A stretch of 64,000 bases of DNA from the IMG/VR virus record IMGVR_UViG_3300028025_002789, positions 1-64,000 of that record; one strand, 5' to 3'. Origin of the DNA: a virus. The notes beneath the pieces were generated by a model. That model was not told where the DNA came from and did no database searches. It saw nothing but the letters and a program-made list of their open reading frames with translations. A program made the position numbers and the translations under genes. Shown one piece after another: positions 42,904-54,300 of the stretch. Position 1 is the stretch's first letter. Each line of letters begins with the position of its first letter.

Positions 42904-43629
42904 ATGGCAATTCAAAATACAGGTAATGCCCGCAATATTCTTGTAGGAGCATCACCACTATTCTTGACAGTTGAAGATTCAACTGTTTCAGGGTATGTTG
43001 AAGACATGGAAGCAGGATCACTCAGCGCTTTTGTTGCAAACAAAAACAGATCTGTACCAGCTTTCGTTCCGTCACAATCATACACTACTACATTAAATAA
43101 CGTCGAGACAGTATCAGCAGCAACCGACACACCAGCAGGTACAAAGGGTGCAGCATACCGTAACGTAGGTTATACAAATAACGGTCTTCAAATTACTTAC
43201 AATCCAACATACGATTCAGTAACAGTAGATCAGTTGCTAGATACAGCAAAGCTTTTCAAGTCTGCGATGGAAGTTATGATCGCAACAGAAATGTCAGAAG
43301 GAACACTAGAAAACGTTCTAGTTGTATTCGGACAGAAAGCTGCAACATTAAATTCAGGAACTCTAGGATTAGAGGCAGGAGCACTTGGCTCAGCCCCTAC
43401 AGAGCGTCAATTAATTGCAGTTGGACAAGCTCCAACTACAGCAGTTAACGCAAACACAGAGCGTGTATACTATGCACGTCGTGTTCTATCTGTTCAGCAA
43501 TCACAGTTCTCTCTATCACGCAGCACACCAACAACATTCCCAGTAACCTTCCGTCTTTTGCCATCAGGTAGCTCAAGCTACGTTGGCTCAGAGTACGGTA
43601 AGATTATTGACCGTGTAATCACTGCATAA
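42904..43629 (+). CDS. major tail tube protein
   Basis: NILVGA, VGYTNNG, VDQL, FPVTFRL; strong SD; terminator downstream. Confidence 0.85.
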   Translation: MAIQNTGNARNILVGASPLFLTVEDSTVSGYVEDMEAGSLSAFVANKNRSVPAFVPSQSYTTTLNNVETVSAATDTPAGTKGAAYRNVGYTNNGLQITYNPTYDSVTVDQLLDTAKLFKSAMEVMIATEMSEGTLENVLVVFGQKAATLNSGTLGLEAGALGSAPTERQLIAVGQAPTTAVNANTERVYYARRVLSVQQSQFSLSRSTPTTFPVTFRLLPSGSSSYVGSEYGKIIDRVITA

Positions 43630-43650
43630 TAATTTAATTAAATTATTAAC

Positions 43651-43677
43651 GGAAGCCCTCAGAAATGAGGGCTTTCT
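43651..43677 (+). terminator. intrinsic terminator
   Basis: GAAGCCCTCA-gaaa-TGAGGGCTTT. Confidence 0.8.
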
Positions 43678-43736
43678 GCTTGTATTATTAAATCAAGTTT
43701 AGTATAATGATTAGGACTATCCAAGGAGGATATAAA

Positions 43737-44075
43737 TTGGCTACAACCGTATACGACGTAGAAGAAATCACCTTACAGAATGGTGACAAGGTCCGACTTA
43801 AGCCCTTAACAATTAAGGCGCTAAGAAAATTTATGGCGGCTATCGCAAAGACAGCAACATCTCAAACAGAGGATGAAACACTAACAATTCTTATTGATGC
43901 ATGTGCCGTTGCTATAGAACTACAACTACCAGAGTTAGCAAACAACAGAGAGGCATTAGAGTCAGCATTAGATATGCCAACTATTAATCGCATCCTTGAA
44001 GTTTGCGGAGGAATTAAACTAGACGACCCAAACCTGGGAGCGGCAGCAGTTCTTCCTGGTCAGAACTCGATCTAG
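43737..44075 (+). CDS. tail assembly chaperone (G)
   Basis: TTG start after AGGAGG; lies between major tail and tape measure genes. Confidence 0.8.
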   Translation: MATTVYDVEEITLQNGDKVRLKPLTIKALRKFMAAIAKTATSQTEDETLTILIDACAVAIELQLPELANNREALESALDMPTINRILEVCGGIKLDDPNLGAAAVLPGQNSI

Positions 44076-44395
44076 CCGCTCTTGAAGGAGAAGTTTTTCT
44101 TTTAGGTAATTGGAAAAATTACGAAGAACTAGAAGAAAATATTTCTATGCCAGAGCTTATACAGACTTTTAAATCTATGCAAAAAACTGAAGAAGAGAAA
44201 AGAAAATTTCTAGCATCTCTTCAGGGCATAAATTTAAATGAAGAAAAAGAAGAAGAAGGTTCTACCTTTGAAGATGTACGAAAGAGAGCACTTGGAATAG
44301 ATACATCATCTGATGATGTTGTTTCTTTACAAGGCCCTTATGCAGCAGAAGCTGGTTTCGGAATCGGAGCAGGGTTAGGATACTCTAGGGAGTAA
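44027..44395 (+). CDS. tail assembly chaperone GT extension via -1 frameshift
   Basis: Slippery C CCA AAC at 44027-44033; -1 frame open to 44395. Confidence 0.8.
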   Translation, partial: PKPGSGSSSSWSELDLAALEGEVFLLGNWKNYEELEENISMPELIQTFKSMQKTEEEKRKFLASLQGINLNEEKEEEGSTFEDVRKRALGIDTSSDDVVSLQGPYAAEAGFGIGAGLGYSRE

Positions 44396-44404
44396 TATAG
44401 TTAA

Positions 44405-47400
44405 ATGGCCGACGAACAAATAGTCACCAATATAGTCGCAACCTCCGACTTTTCAAATCTTATTACAGATCTCAATAAGGTTTCTTCGGCATTAACAAAA
44501 TTACAGGATAAGCTTCAGGCAACAAATAAAACATTAGCCGCACAAGTTGCGGTGATGAATAGATCATTCGCAGATACCATAAGAAGTACTGGTCAATTCT
44601 CTACACACTTTGTTAGCTTAACATCTGATGTAGATAAGTTTGGACAGCAATTAGATAGAGGCCAAATGAAACTTGGCCAGTTCTTCAGGGTATATGCTCA
44701 GCATGCTAAATCAAATGGCGGATTAATAAGAGACTTAGCAAAACAACAAGTTCAACTACAAAACTCAGTTCTACAGCCACTAGGCAAAAATGCTGAAGGG
44801 TTAATGCAATACAATGTTCATATTCCAAGAGGAATTGATGTAATAAAGAACAAGACAGCAATTGCAAGACAAGAACTTCAGATCATGAATAAGGTTGTTC
44901 AAGAGGGCGCAGGACAATTAATTAACTGGGGTAAAAATACACAGTGGGCAGGACGTCAGTTAACAGTAGGTCTTACTGTTCCGATGGCGGCATTTGGTAA
45001 AGCATCAGCTGATGCATTCAGAACTGCTGACGAACAATTAGTTAGATTAACAAAGGTTTATGGTGGTATATCTCAAACATCTAGTTCAGAATTATTGAAA
45101 GTAAGAAAAGATGTAATAGAGACAGCTAGACAAATTTCAAAATCAATGGGTGCAAGTTTTAATGAAACAATTGGATTAGCAGCAGATATTGCAGCAACTG
45201 GTAAAACAGGAAACGAATTACTAAAGTCGGTTCAGGAAACAACACGTTTAGCAGTACTTGGTGAAGTAGATAGACAAGAAGCTATGAAGGCTACCCTGGC
45301 AATTCAAACAGCTTTTAAATCAAATACTGAAGAGCTAACAGAATCAATTAACTTTTTAAACGCAGTTGAAAACCAGACATCAACAACTCTAAACGATTTA
45401 GTAGAAGCAATTCCAAAAGCTGGACCAATTGTTAAAGGTCTAGGCGGAGATGTAAAAGACCTTGCCTTATACCTTACAGCAATGCGTGAAGGTGGAATTA
45501 ATGCATCTGAAGGAGCAAACGCATTAAAGTCAGGTTTAGCATCTCTTATTAATCCAACTAAAGTAGCAACAGGCATGTTTGCTGATTTTGGCATAGATTT
45601 AAAAAATATAGTACAAAAAAATGCTGGAGATACAACTGCTACTATTTTAGAATTGCAGTCAGCATTAGAAACATTAAATCCTTTACAGAAACAACAGGCT
45701 TTAGAGCAGCTATTTGGTAAGTTCCAGTTTGCACGTATGAACGCATTGTTTGAGAATCTTGGAAAACAAGGAAGTCAGACACTACAAGTACTAGACTTGA
45801 TGAAGGCAAGCAGTCAAGATTTATCTAATTTAGCAGGACGAGAATTAGCACAAGTAACAGAGTCTGCTTCTGGTAGATACCGCAGAGCCCTAGAAGGATT
45901 AAAAGCTGATCTTGCAGCCGTAGGAGATCAATTCTTGAATATTAATACAAGTCTTATTAACTTTGTAGATGGAATATTGAAGTTTATTCAGAAACTTCCA
46001 GACCCAATAAAGAAAATACTTGGATTCCTGGGAATGTTTACTGCAGCGGCAGGACCTTTAATTATGTTAACTGGTGTTCTTGGAAACTTCTTTGGATACA
46101 TAATCAAGGGTGTATCTCATATGAGAGCATTATTTAAAGGCGGAGAAGGATGGAAACTTTTAACACCAGAAATTTTAGCAGCTAATAAAGCTGGTAATTT
46201 AGTAGAACAAACATTTTATAGCGATGCAAAAGCCGCAGCAGTATTAAAACAATCTATTGCTGGTCTAACAGCAGAGTTTGCAGTATTACAGCAAAAGGCT
46301 ACGTCTGCTGCAGTATCAATTAATCCAGGAATTTCAACTATGGCTGGCAATGTTATTGTTGCAGGAGGCCCAAGAGTAGTAGATCCTAGACATCCATTAG
46401 TTGGAAAGCCTGACACAAGAGCAGCAGCACATCATAATCCAAGAGGAATGATGACTCAGGCACAAAGAGATGCTCAAACAATTCACTCAGTAACACCAGG
46501 ATCAATTGATGTAAACCAAAGAATTGGTACAACTCCTCAAATGTTTATGTCTGGAGACCTTCCAAAAATTGAAGGACTTACAGCAGTAAAGGGAGTATCA
46601 ACTGGAATAGTTGCAGGAGAAGCAGCTAAGTGGCATGCTCTTATGGGATCACTTTCGATGTTGAGCAAAAAAGAAGTTGCAACATTAAAGAAAGAAATTG
46701 CAAGAACTGGAACTTTTAGCACAGACATAAGCCAGTCATTTGGACAACTTCTTCCAGTAATGACAGATATAACAAATAATGCTGCAAGAAGATCTGCTCA
46801 AATAGTTGCACAACTTCAAGCTGGAAAAATTACTTTAGATGCAGCCCGTTCAAAAATTATTGCATTAAATGCTGAAATAGAAGCAATGATGGCACAGGCA
46901 ACAACACAAGTTGCAACTGGTCTAGGACGAACAGCATCATTAACTCAGACACCTTTAACTGGACAACCTATTGTAAGTCCTACAGGAAAATCAAATATTA
47001 AAGAAATTTTTAGATCTGGGAGAAAAGGCAAAGCGGTAATTGATACTATTGCCAGATCTCTTGGAATTAGAACTTATGGAGCTGGATACTCAACAGAAAC
47101 AACTATACCTAAAAAGATGGCTACTGGTGGAATTGTTCCAGGAGTTGGTAATACAGATACATATTCTACAACTCTTCCAGAAGGTGCATTTGTTGTAAAT
47201 AAACAAGCAACTGCACAAAATATGGATATCATCGCCCCAATGCTTGGAATGAATATGGGCGGACAAGTTCCAGTAATGCTTACTCCTGGAGAAGCAGTAA
47301 TTGATCCTAAAACAGCTAGCGCTAATTTAGATACACTTTATGGCATTAATGGTCCAGGAGCACAAGGACCTGGATATAGGCTAGGTGGATACGTACCATC

Positions 47401-50400
47401 TGCAATAGCAAACTCAATTCTTAGCGCATTTAAAATTTCATCAAGATCTACAAAGTCAGCAAAACTTCTTGGTAACTGGGGAATGCTTTTACCAAAAGGC
47501 ATTAACAGCGGACTTGCTGGCAACAAGAGCGTAAGAGGCGCAGAGTTAATAAAATACACACAAGATCCTTCTAGACAAACATCCGTTGGAGAATTTTTAG
47601 CTCACGTAGGAGTTCCTGCAAAAGAAATTAAAAGAATTCAGTCTAACATAGCTAAAAAAATTACAGAATCAATAGACCCAAGAGATTCTTATAACGATGC
47701 AATGTTAGGCCAAGTATCATTTTCTGTTATAGATAAAGAAATCAGATCTCTTGAAAGTAGGCTCCCAGGAATATCTTTAGCATATCAAAAAGATAGAATG
47801 ACTCCTGGAAGAAGAGATACACGCAAAACTCCTAGAGCTGGAGAGACACAAGCAGAAGCAGATAAACGTGGCGGCGGAAGCCCTACAGGACTAAGAGCGC
47901 CAGGTGGAAGAAAGAGCGGATATAAAACTGGAAAAGACGGAGAAGCCTTTGCTCATTTTACAGATGCAGACTTTGAAGAAAACTTAGCTTTAATTGGACA
48001 GTCAATGGGGCACATGGTTGGAGGTTATAATCCAGCAGTCCGTGGCATACATCCAAATAGTTATTCTATTAATTCACATGGCAGAATGACAAATCTTGGG
48101 ATGCCTTTACGAAAGTTAGAACGTGGATGGTCAAATCCAAGATATGTGGCGCCTGATCCAAATTCAATAGCATTAACTAATAAATGGAGAAGAGGATATA
48201 ACTCTGGCGGAATGGTTTCAATGCCAAGATCAATTCCAGTTCCACAACAAAATGGTAAGTATAATATGGGCGGAAAAGTTCAAGGATACAATGCTGGCGG
48301 AATGATTGCATCCACACTACTCGGACTACTTGCATCACAAGGAGGCTCAGCGCTTGGATCTAAGTTTGGCGGAGAAACTGGTTCAATGATTGGTGGAATG
48401 TTAGGATTCTCAATTCCAGGAATGTTAATGGCTGGTAGAGGACCTAGAATGGCAAAGGGTTCAGAAGAAGCACAAGGATTCTATGGAAACAAATTAGACA
48501 AATCAATTATAGGTAATACTAAGTTTGGCGCATCTTTAGCAAATACTGCAGCACAAGGATCTAAGGTATCTAGAGTCCTTATGGGAATGGCTGGTATATT
48601 AACAAAGACAAACTTAATTTTAGCTGGAGTCACAACAGCAGCAGTACTTGGATATAAAGCTTGGCAAAATCATAAAGAAGCACTTAGACTAAATCAATTA
48701 AGTTATGGCTTAACAGCAGAGGCAGCTCAAAAGGCTGGATTAAAGTTTGTTGATTATAATGCTAAGATCAAAGATTCTATTAATAATGTAAAGATGGTTA
48801 CAGAAAGAAACAAGCTTATGTACGAAAGCATGAAGAGTGCTGGATTACCTATTCAAATGACTATTGAGCAATATAAGAAGTTAAGAAAAGAAGTTAAGTC
48901 TACAATGTCAGATTATGTAAAGATGATTGACAGAGCTAAAGACGGAGACCTTGCTTCTATGGCAGAAAGATTAAAGACACAATTTATTGCTGCTGGAATG
49001 TCTGCAGATGAAGCAGCAAAGAAGATTTATATAGCCTTTACATTATCTAATAAGGCTGCATCAGCAGCTGTATCAACAGTTGGAAATGCTAACTTTAATA
49101 AAATAATTGATGCTCAAACAGCAGCAGTTCAAGCAATGGAATCATTTAATAAGGCAGCATCATTTGAGGACGCAAAGACACAGGCAACCGCATTAAACAC
49201 AGCTTTGCAGGCAGTAGATGGAAGCCTAGAAAATATTGTATCTGAAAGTCAAAAGAAAGCTGATGCGGATAAAACTGGAAAGACTGAAGTTATCAGTAGA
49301 TATGAAGCTGAAAAACAAATGCTTAATGGAATTACTTCAAATATTAAGGGACAGAAAAAACTTACTCAAGGATTAATTGATGAGCTAGCAAAACAAAACC
49401 CACTTATAAGAGACTTTGCTACTACACAAGACACAGTACTAAGCCTTTGGCAGAAGATGAGATTAGCAGCACAAGGGTATACTGGTGATTTAACAATGGG
49501 TGCTCAACAAACTAAAGCACTGTATACAGTCTATAATAAAGTTGCATCAGCTGTAGAAGCTAAAAATAAAGTAGGTGCATTAAAATCACAGTATGCTAAT
49601 TTAAATACATTACAGACACAGCTAGAAAAAGCTCAGAATGCAGCAAAGGGACAATCTGTACAACAACAGATTGATTCAAAGAAAGCAATTGAAGCTATCG
49701 ATGATAGAATTAAAAAGATTAAAGAAGAGGCAGACGCTAGACGTAAGGCTCTTTCTCAACAACAACAAGATGAAGATTCTTTAACTCAAATAAAGAAAAA
49801 GCAGTTAGAGTATCAGCAAGCACTAGCTTCTGGAGATATGGCTGCTGCAGCACAGGCTCAATTAGATATACAGTCATTAAATAGACAGCAACAGGTAACT
49901 CAGGCAACAAGAGCAATTGATGATAAAGAATCTTCAGATATAGCCAAGTTAGAAAAACAAAGAGACGCTCTATCCAAGAAAGAAGAGAATCTTGCCAACA
50001 AGGCTGCATTAGCAGCGGAGTCAATGGGATCATTAACAGAAAAGATTAGAAAGCAACAAGAAGCAATTGATACATTTAATTCTGCAGTGACTAACTTACA
50101 AGTAGCAATCATTGAAAAGAAAAAAGATATAAGCGGAGAGTCTGCGGCTGTTGTAAAGGCTGGAGAGGCAGCGGGAGTTAAAACAACTGGATCAGATAAA
50201 GTTGGTGTTTATGATGGTAGCAGGTTAACATATAGAGATAAAACTCCACAAGAACGTGCAAAAGATTTTATGCCAAAAGATTTAAATAAGACCTTGAATA
50301 CGGATACAGTTTACGTAAATGCAAAAAACCTTATTGATAACGCTGGTACATTTAATAAACCAAAAGATTTTGGTAGAGTTCCTGGGCTAGATCCTAGAGA

Positions 50401-50860
50401 TATTTATAAAACAGCATGGGGCAGAATAGGCCCAAATAGCGCACAGCAAAAGGTTGAAGAGTATGCTAGACAACAAGGAGTTAAGCCTGGGCAGCAGTTT
50501 ACACTTGGAGCTGGAAACAAAAAAGATAATACATACAAAGATTATCAATTTAGAGTAAGAGAAGACGGAACCGTCGTCCTTGTTAAAAAATTTGCAGCTG
50601 GTGGAATGGTCACAAATAGACCACTTGCAATGCCTAAGTTTAATAAAATGGGAATGGGCGGACCAGTAGTTAATTCAGTTCCTAGATATAATTCTGGAGG
50701 ATATGTATCTTCATCTAAGTCTTCTTCATCTTCAGTTATTATTAAAAATTTAAATGTCGAATTTCCAACTACCCCACCTAATGCTAAAGAATTCTATGCA
50801 CAAATAAAAGAAATAGCAAGACTAGAGGGAACTAAGGTTTCAGATGGGAAAAGAGCATAA
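44405..50860 (+). CDS. tape measure protein
   Basis: 2151 aa, Ala-rich helical, TP901-type core, follows the chaperones. Confidence 0.93.
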   Translation: MADEQIVTNIVATSDFSNLITDLNKVSSALTKLQDKLQATNKTLAAQVAVMNRSFADTIRSTGQFSTHFVSLTSDVDKFGQQLDRGQMKLGQFFRVYAQHAKSNGGLIRDLAKQQVQLQNSVLQPLGKNAEGLMQYNVHIPRGIDVIKNKTAIARQELQIMNKVVQEGAGQLINWGKNTQWAGRQLTVGLTVPMAAFGKASADAFRTADEQLVRLTKVYGGISQTSSSELLKVRKDVIETARQISKSMGASFNETIGLAADIAATGKTGNELLKSVQETTRLAVLGEVDRQEAMKATLAIQTAFKSNTEELTESINFLNAVENQTSTTLNDLVEAIPKAGPIVKGLGGDVKDLALYLTAMREGGINASEGANALKSGLASLINPTKVATGMFADFGIDLKNIVQKNAGDTTATILELQSALETLNPLQKQQALEQLFGKFQFARMNALFENLGKQGSQTLQVLDLMKASSQDLSNLAGRELAQVTESASGRYRRALEGLKADLAAVGDQFLNINTSLINFVDGILKFIQKLPDPIKKILGFLGMFTAAAGPLIMLTGVLGNFFGYIIKGVSHMRALFKGGEGWKLLTPEILAANKAGNLVEQTFYSDAKAAAVLKQSIAGLTAEFAVLQQKATSAAVSINPGISTMAGNVIVAGGPRVVDPRHPLVGKPDTRAAAHHNPRGMMTQAQRDAQTIHSVTPGSIDVNQRIGTTPQMFMSGDLPKIEGLTAVKGVSTGIVAGEAAKWHALMGSLSMLSKKEVATLKKEIARTGTFSTDISQSFGQLLPVMTDITNNAARRSAQIVAQLQAGKITLDAARSKIIALNAEIEAMMAQATTQVATGLGRTASLTQTPLTGQPIVSPTGKSNIKEIFRSGRKGKAVIDTIARSLGIRTYGAGYSTETTIPKKMATGGIVPGVGNTDTYSTTLPEGAFVVNKQATAQNMDIIAPMLGMNMGGQVPVMLTPGEAVIDPKTASANLDTLYGINGPGAQGPGYRLGGYVPSAIANSILSAFKISSRSTKSAKLLGNWGMLLPKGINSGLAGNKSVRGAELIKYTQDPSRQTSVGEFLAHVGVPAKEIKRIQSNIAKKITESIDPRDSYNDAMLGQVSFSVIDKEIRSLESRLPGISLAYQKDRMTPGRRDTRKTPRAGETQAEADKRGGGSPTGLRAPGGRKSGYKTGKDGEAFAHFTDADFEENLALIGQSMGHMVGGYNPAVRGIHPNSYSINSHGRMTNLGMPLRKLERGWSNPRYVAPDPNSIALTNKWRRGYNSGGMVSMPRSIPVPQQNGKYNMGGKVQGYNAGGMIASTLLGLLASQGGSALGSKFGGETGSMIGGMLGFSIPGMLMAGRGPRMAKGSEEAQGFYGNKLDKSIIGNTKFGASLANTAAQGSKVSRVLMGMAGILTKTNLILAGVTTAAVLGYKAWQNHKEALRLNQLSYGLTAEAAQKAGLKFVDYNAKIKDSINNVKMVTERNKLMYESMKSAGLPIQMTIEQYKKLRKEVKSTMSDYVKMIDRAKDGDLASMAERLKTQFIAAGMSADEAAKKIYIAFTLSNKAASAAVSTVGNANFNKIIDAQTAAVQAMESFNKAASFEDAKTQATALNTALQAVDGSLENIVSESQKKADADKTGKTEVISRYEAEKQMLNGITSNIKGQKKLTQGLIDELAKQNPLIRDFATTQDTVLSLWQKMRLAAQGYTGDLTMGAQQTKALYTVYNKVASAVEAKNKVGALKSQYANLNTLQTQLEKAQNAAKGQSVQQQIDSKKAIEAIDDRIKKIKEEADARRKALSQQQQDEDSLTQIKKKQLEYQQALASGDMAAAAQAQLDIQSLNRQQQVTQATRAIDDKESSDIAKLEKQRDALSKKEENLANKAALAAESMGSLTEKIRKQQEAIDTFNSAVTNLQVAIIEKKKDISGESAAVVKAGEAAGVKTTGSDKVGVYDGSRLTYRDKTPQERAKDFMPKDLNKTLNTDTVYVNAKNLIDNAGTFNKPKDFGRVPGLDPRDIYKTAWGRIGPNSAQQKVEEYARQQGVKPGQQFTLGAGNKKDNTYKDYQFRVREDGTVVLVKKFAAGGMVTNRPLAMPKFNKMGMGGPVVNSVPRYNSGGYVSSSKSSSSSVIIKNLNVEFPTTPPNAKEFYAQIKEIARLEGTKVSDGKRA

Positions 50861-51318
50861 TGTCAACTATATATCTTCCAGTAGGATCGGTTTTATATTT
50901 TAATTCAACAATTAAAGTATCAGAGCATAATCGTCAACCAGTCTCAATTGGTAAGACAAGAATTGAACAAACTAAGAGAATGTCTAATGGGCTTATGCGT
51001 AAGTTCTTTATTGCCGATAAGGAAACAATTAGCGTTTCTTGGAACATGCTACCTTCATTTACAACTATGACAGTTGACGGAGGATATGGGGCAGTAGACT
51101 TAAAATCATTTTATGATGGATCTGCTACAAAAGCAGCGGGAGCATTATCAGGAAGATCCTCATTTGATGTAACCATTGCATATGGCAATACAACAAAAAC
51201 AATGGAAATGATGTTTACAAGTTGCTCATTTGAAATAGTTAAGCGAAATGTAAAGGAACAAACAACAGACCTTCCCCAAGAGTTTTGGAACGTATCTCTT
51301 TCTATGGAAGAGGTATAA
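50860..51318 (+). CDS. distal tail protein-like
   Basis: Synteny after tape measure. Confidence 0.6.
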   Translation: MSTIYLPVGSVLYFNSTIKVSEHNRQPVSIGKTRIEQTKRMSNGLMRKFFIADKETISVSWNMLPSFTTMTVDGGYGAVDLKSFYDGSATKAAGALSGRSSFDVTIAYGNTTKTMEMMFTSCSFEIVKRNVKEQTTDLPQEFWNVSLSMEEV

Positions 51319-54300
51319 TGATAGATTCAGGTAAAACAGCTTTACAGAATATATTCAAGCAACAAAAAACAATTCAAGTAGAAGCTGGTTGCGAAATTGA
51401 ATATAACATGAATTCTTTAATTGATGGAATAACTATTTCTTCTGCCACTCCAGACTCCTCATATACATCACAAATATCTGGATGGCCAACAGGAAAAGCA
51501 AACCCATACAAAAAGCTTTTTCCAATAGATTCAATAATTAAACCATTTAGACCACTAGATTCAGGAATCAAGTACTTTGTATTTTTGTCAAACGATACGA
51601 CATCAAATACATTTTCTCCATATAGATCTTTACAATATCCATCTTCTCAGCCGAGAATATACTATCCAGGCGTAACCACTCAGTATAAATATTGGCTAGG
51701 GGCTAAAGACACAAATGTAAATTTAACATTAACATATAAGCAAACATCTAGCTCATCTATTGGCAACAAGCATGCATTGGCAAATAAAATAGTTATTAGG
51801 TTTGAAAAGTATCACGCTCTTCCATTATCGTATACTGTCACCGTAACAAGGTCTGATGGGTCAATACAGACTCTAGGCCCAATCGCTCCACCATCAAGTG
51901 GAAATATTGAATTAAACTATACTGGATCAGCCTGGACTCAGCATGCATTAACAGAGCCAGTTTCTTATGCTACTCCAATTTCAATTAAATCTATTAATCT
52001 AGTTGCAACATCTCCAGGCGGTGGAGAAGTAATTGGAGTCATAGAACTATCTGCAAGATGGGTAAAGGACATATCCTCAGACGTAGTATCATTTGATATA
52101 CAGAAAGAGTCATCATCTTCTTCAGAAGACATATTGCCAGTAGGATCAGTTACTGCTAATAGCATAACAGCAAACATAGTTAAATATAATCAATCTACAT
52201 TGCAGACAGTCTCATATAACAGAGAGTCAACATCGATTGATCCATCATTAATATACTTAGTTAAAAATGCAGAAATAAGACCATTCTTTAAAGTTTATCA
52301 TTCTGGTGGAACTACAGTTGCAGGCTCATATGATAAGGTTAAACAAGGAACATTCTATATAAATGATTTCAATATTGATGCCTATGGAGACACATCCATA
52401 AATGCTCTAGATGGATCAAAGTATTTAATGGAAACATTATGCCCAGATATTGTTTGTGAATTTTATCCAGTAACAGCAATTTTAAGAAGATTATTAGATT
52501 CAGTAGGGTTTTCAAACTATAACTTTAATTTACATGCTACATCAGAAACATCAATTCCTCAGATTAATTATTGGTGGACAGACGATACTACAACAGTATG
52601 GCAAGCAATTCAAGATCTATGTAGAGATATTCAGATGAACTCCTTCTTTGATGAAAACAATGTTCTTCAGTTTTATAGCAGAGACTACATATACGATAAA
52701 GCAAGGTCTTCTGTATGGGATTTTTACAATGAAGCAGAGGGTTCTTCTTTACCAAACATAATTGATTTTACTCAAAAAGAAATAGTTGCAGCAAACTATG
52801 TAAAAGTTTTATGGCAATCAGCTTTAACATCTAACTACACTGGAACATCAAGCGAGCTTTGGACAGCACCAACAACATTTTTAAGTGCTGGTGGATTACA
52901 GCAGTCTATAACAGACTCACAAATGGAACTTGTGATAGATACTAAAACAATAGATATATATTCAAAACAACAGGCATTCTATAACTTTTCAGGTTTTGTT
53001 TTGATAGACTCTGAGATTATTGAATATGAAGCAATTGGTTATGACGTAACTTTGCAAAATGGAACAAAAGAACATCAATGGATTTATTCAGAATCTGATG
53101 TAAATAAATACAGGTCGTTATCAAAACCTGGATACGAGGACGTCAATAATCCAGCAAACACATCTTACTTTAAGCCAAGCGGAAGATACAAGGTTAAAAA
53201 GAGAGGTGCACTTGGAACAGTAGCAGCTGCACATTCATCTGGAAATTCAAATCTAGGAAATTGGACTGGAAGAGAAGTAACTTGGGATAACAAGGCAACA
53301 ACAACATATGGAACTTCAACAACCCCTAGCAGTTTAGATTTTTATTATAACGTTAAGCCAAAACAAATATCTTTAACTAGCGTTGAGTTAGACTTTGTTG
53401 AGCCTACTACTAATCCTACTTCATATATAGTAGAAGTTCAAAGATTAAATGATGATGGGTCAAACGATGGAGCAGCAATAACTCTTCCAGCATTTACTGG
53501 AAATCCCCCATTATTAATTGAAAATCTTTTTCCAGGATCAAAGTATAAATTTAAAGTTACACCAAAAAACGGAGCTGTATCTGGAAATAGTATAATTAGT
53601 GCAGTTTTTACACTTAGCGCTGTATCGTATAATGGAAACTTCTCTTCTAACCCAGTATTAGCAACAGCATTAACACCAGGAAAATCTTACCTGACATTAA
53701 CTAATTCAACAACAGCTAAAGATAAATATGTTATGGCATATAGAGACTTCAATGGAATTAATTTAACTTCTTTTACACCAAACACATCTTATCCGCCATA
53801 CTCATATACCCCAAATACATATAGCGAAGCATACTACGCATTTGGCACTAGCATATTTTTAGATTCAGATATAAAATCACAAGCATCGTCAGCTGGCATG
53901 GGATTCTTCGTTGATGATTTAGGGAAAACTGGATACTTTATTGTTGTTGAAACTACAAAATCTGCAACCGCAAAAGAAACTAAATCAGTTAGAATATTAA
54001 AAGCTGACGGGTCTGGAGTTAGAATATTAGCAGACTCACAAAGAACAGCCACGTCAACATTTGAAGGAGTATATGGCGGTAAACAGTACAACTTAGATGT
54101 CAGAGTTAAGGTTCTTGGAAACGATCTAAGCATTATTGCATACGTAAATGGATTTAAAATAGAGGCAAAAGATTCTAATGGGATGCTAAACGCCAAGGAG
54201 ACCAATAAGATTTTAGATCAAACAAAAACAGTATCAGTTATTTGTGGAAATGGTACAGTCGCATTTGATTATGTTTATGCAACAGATATGAGTAAAACAA

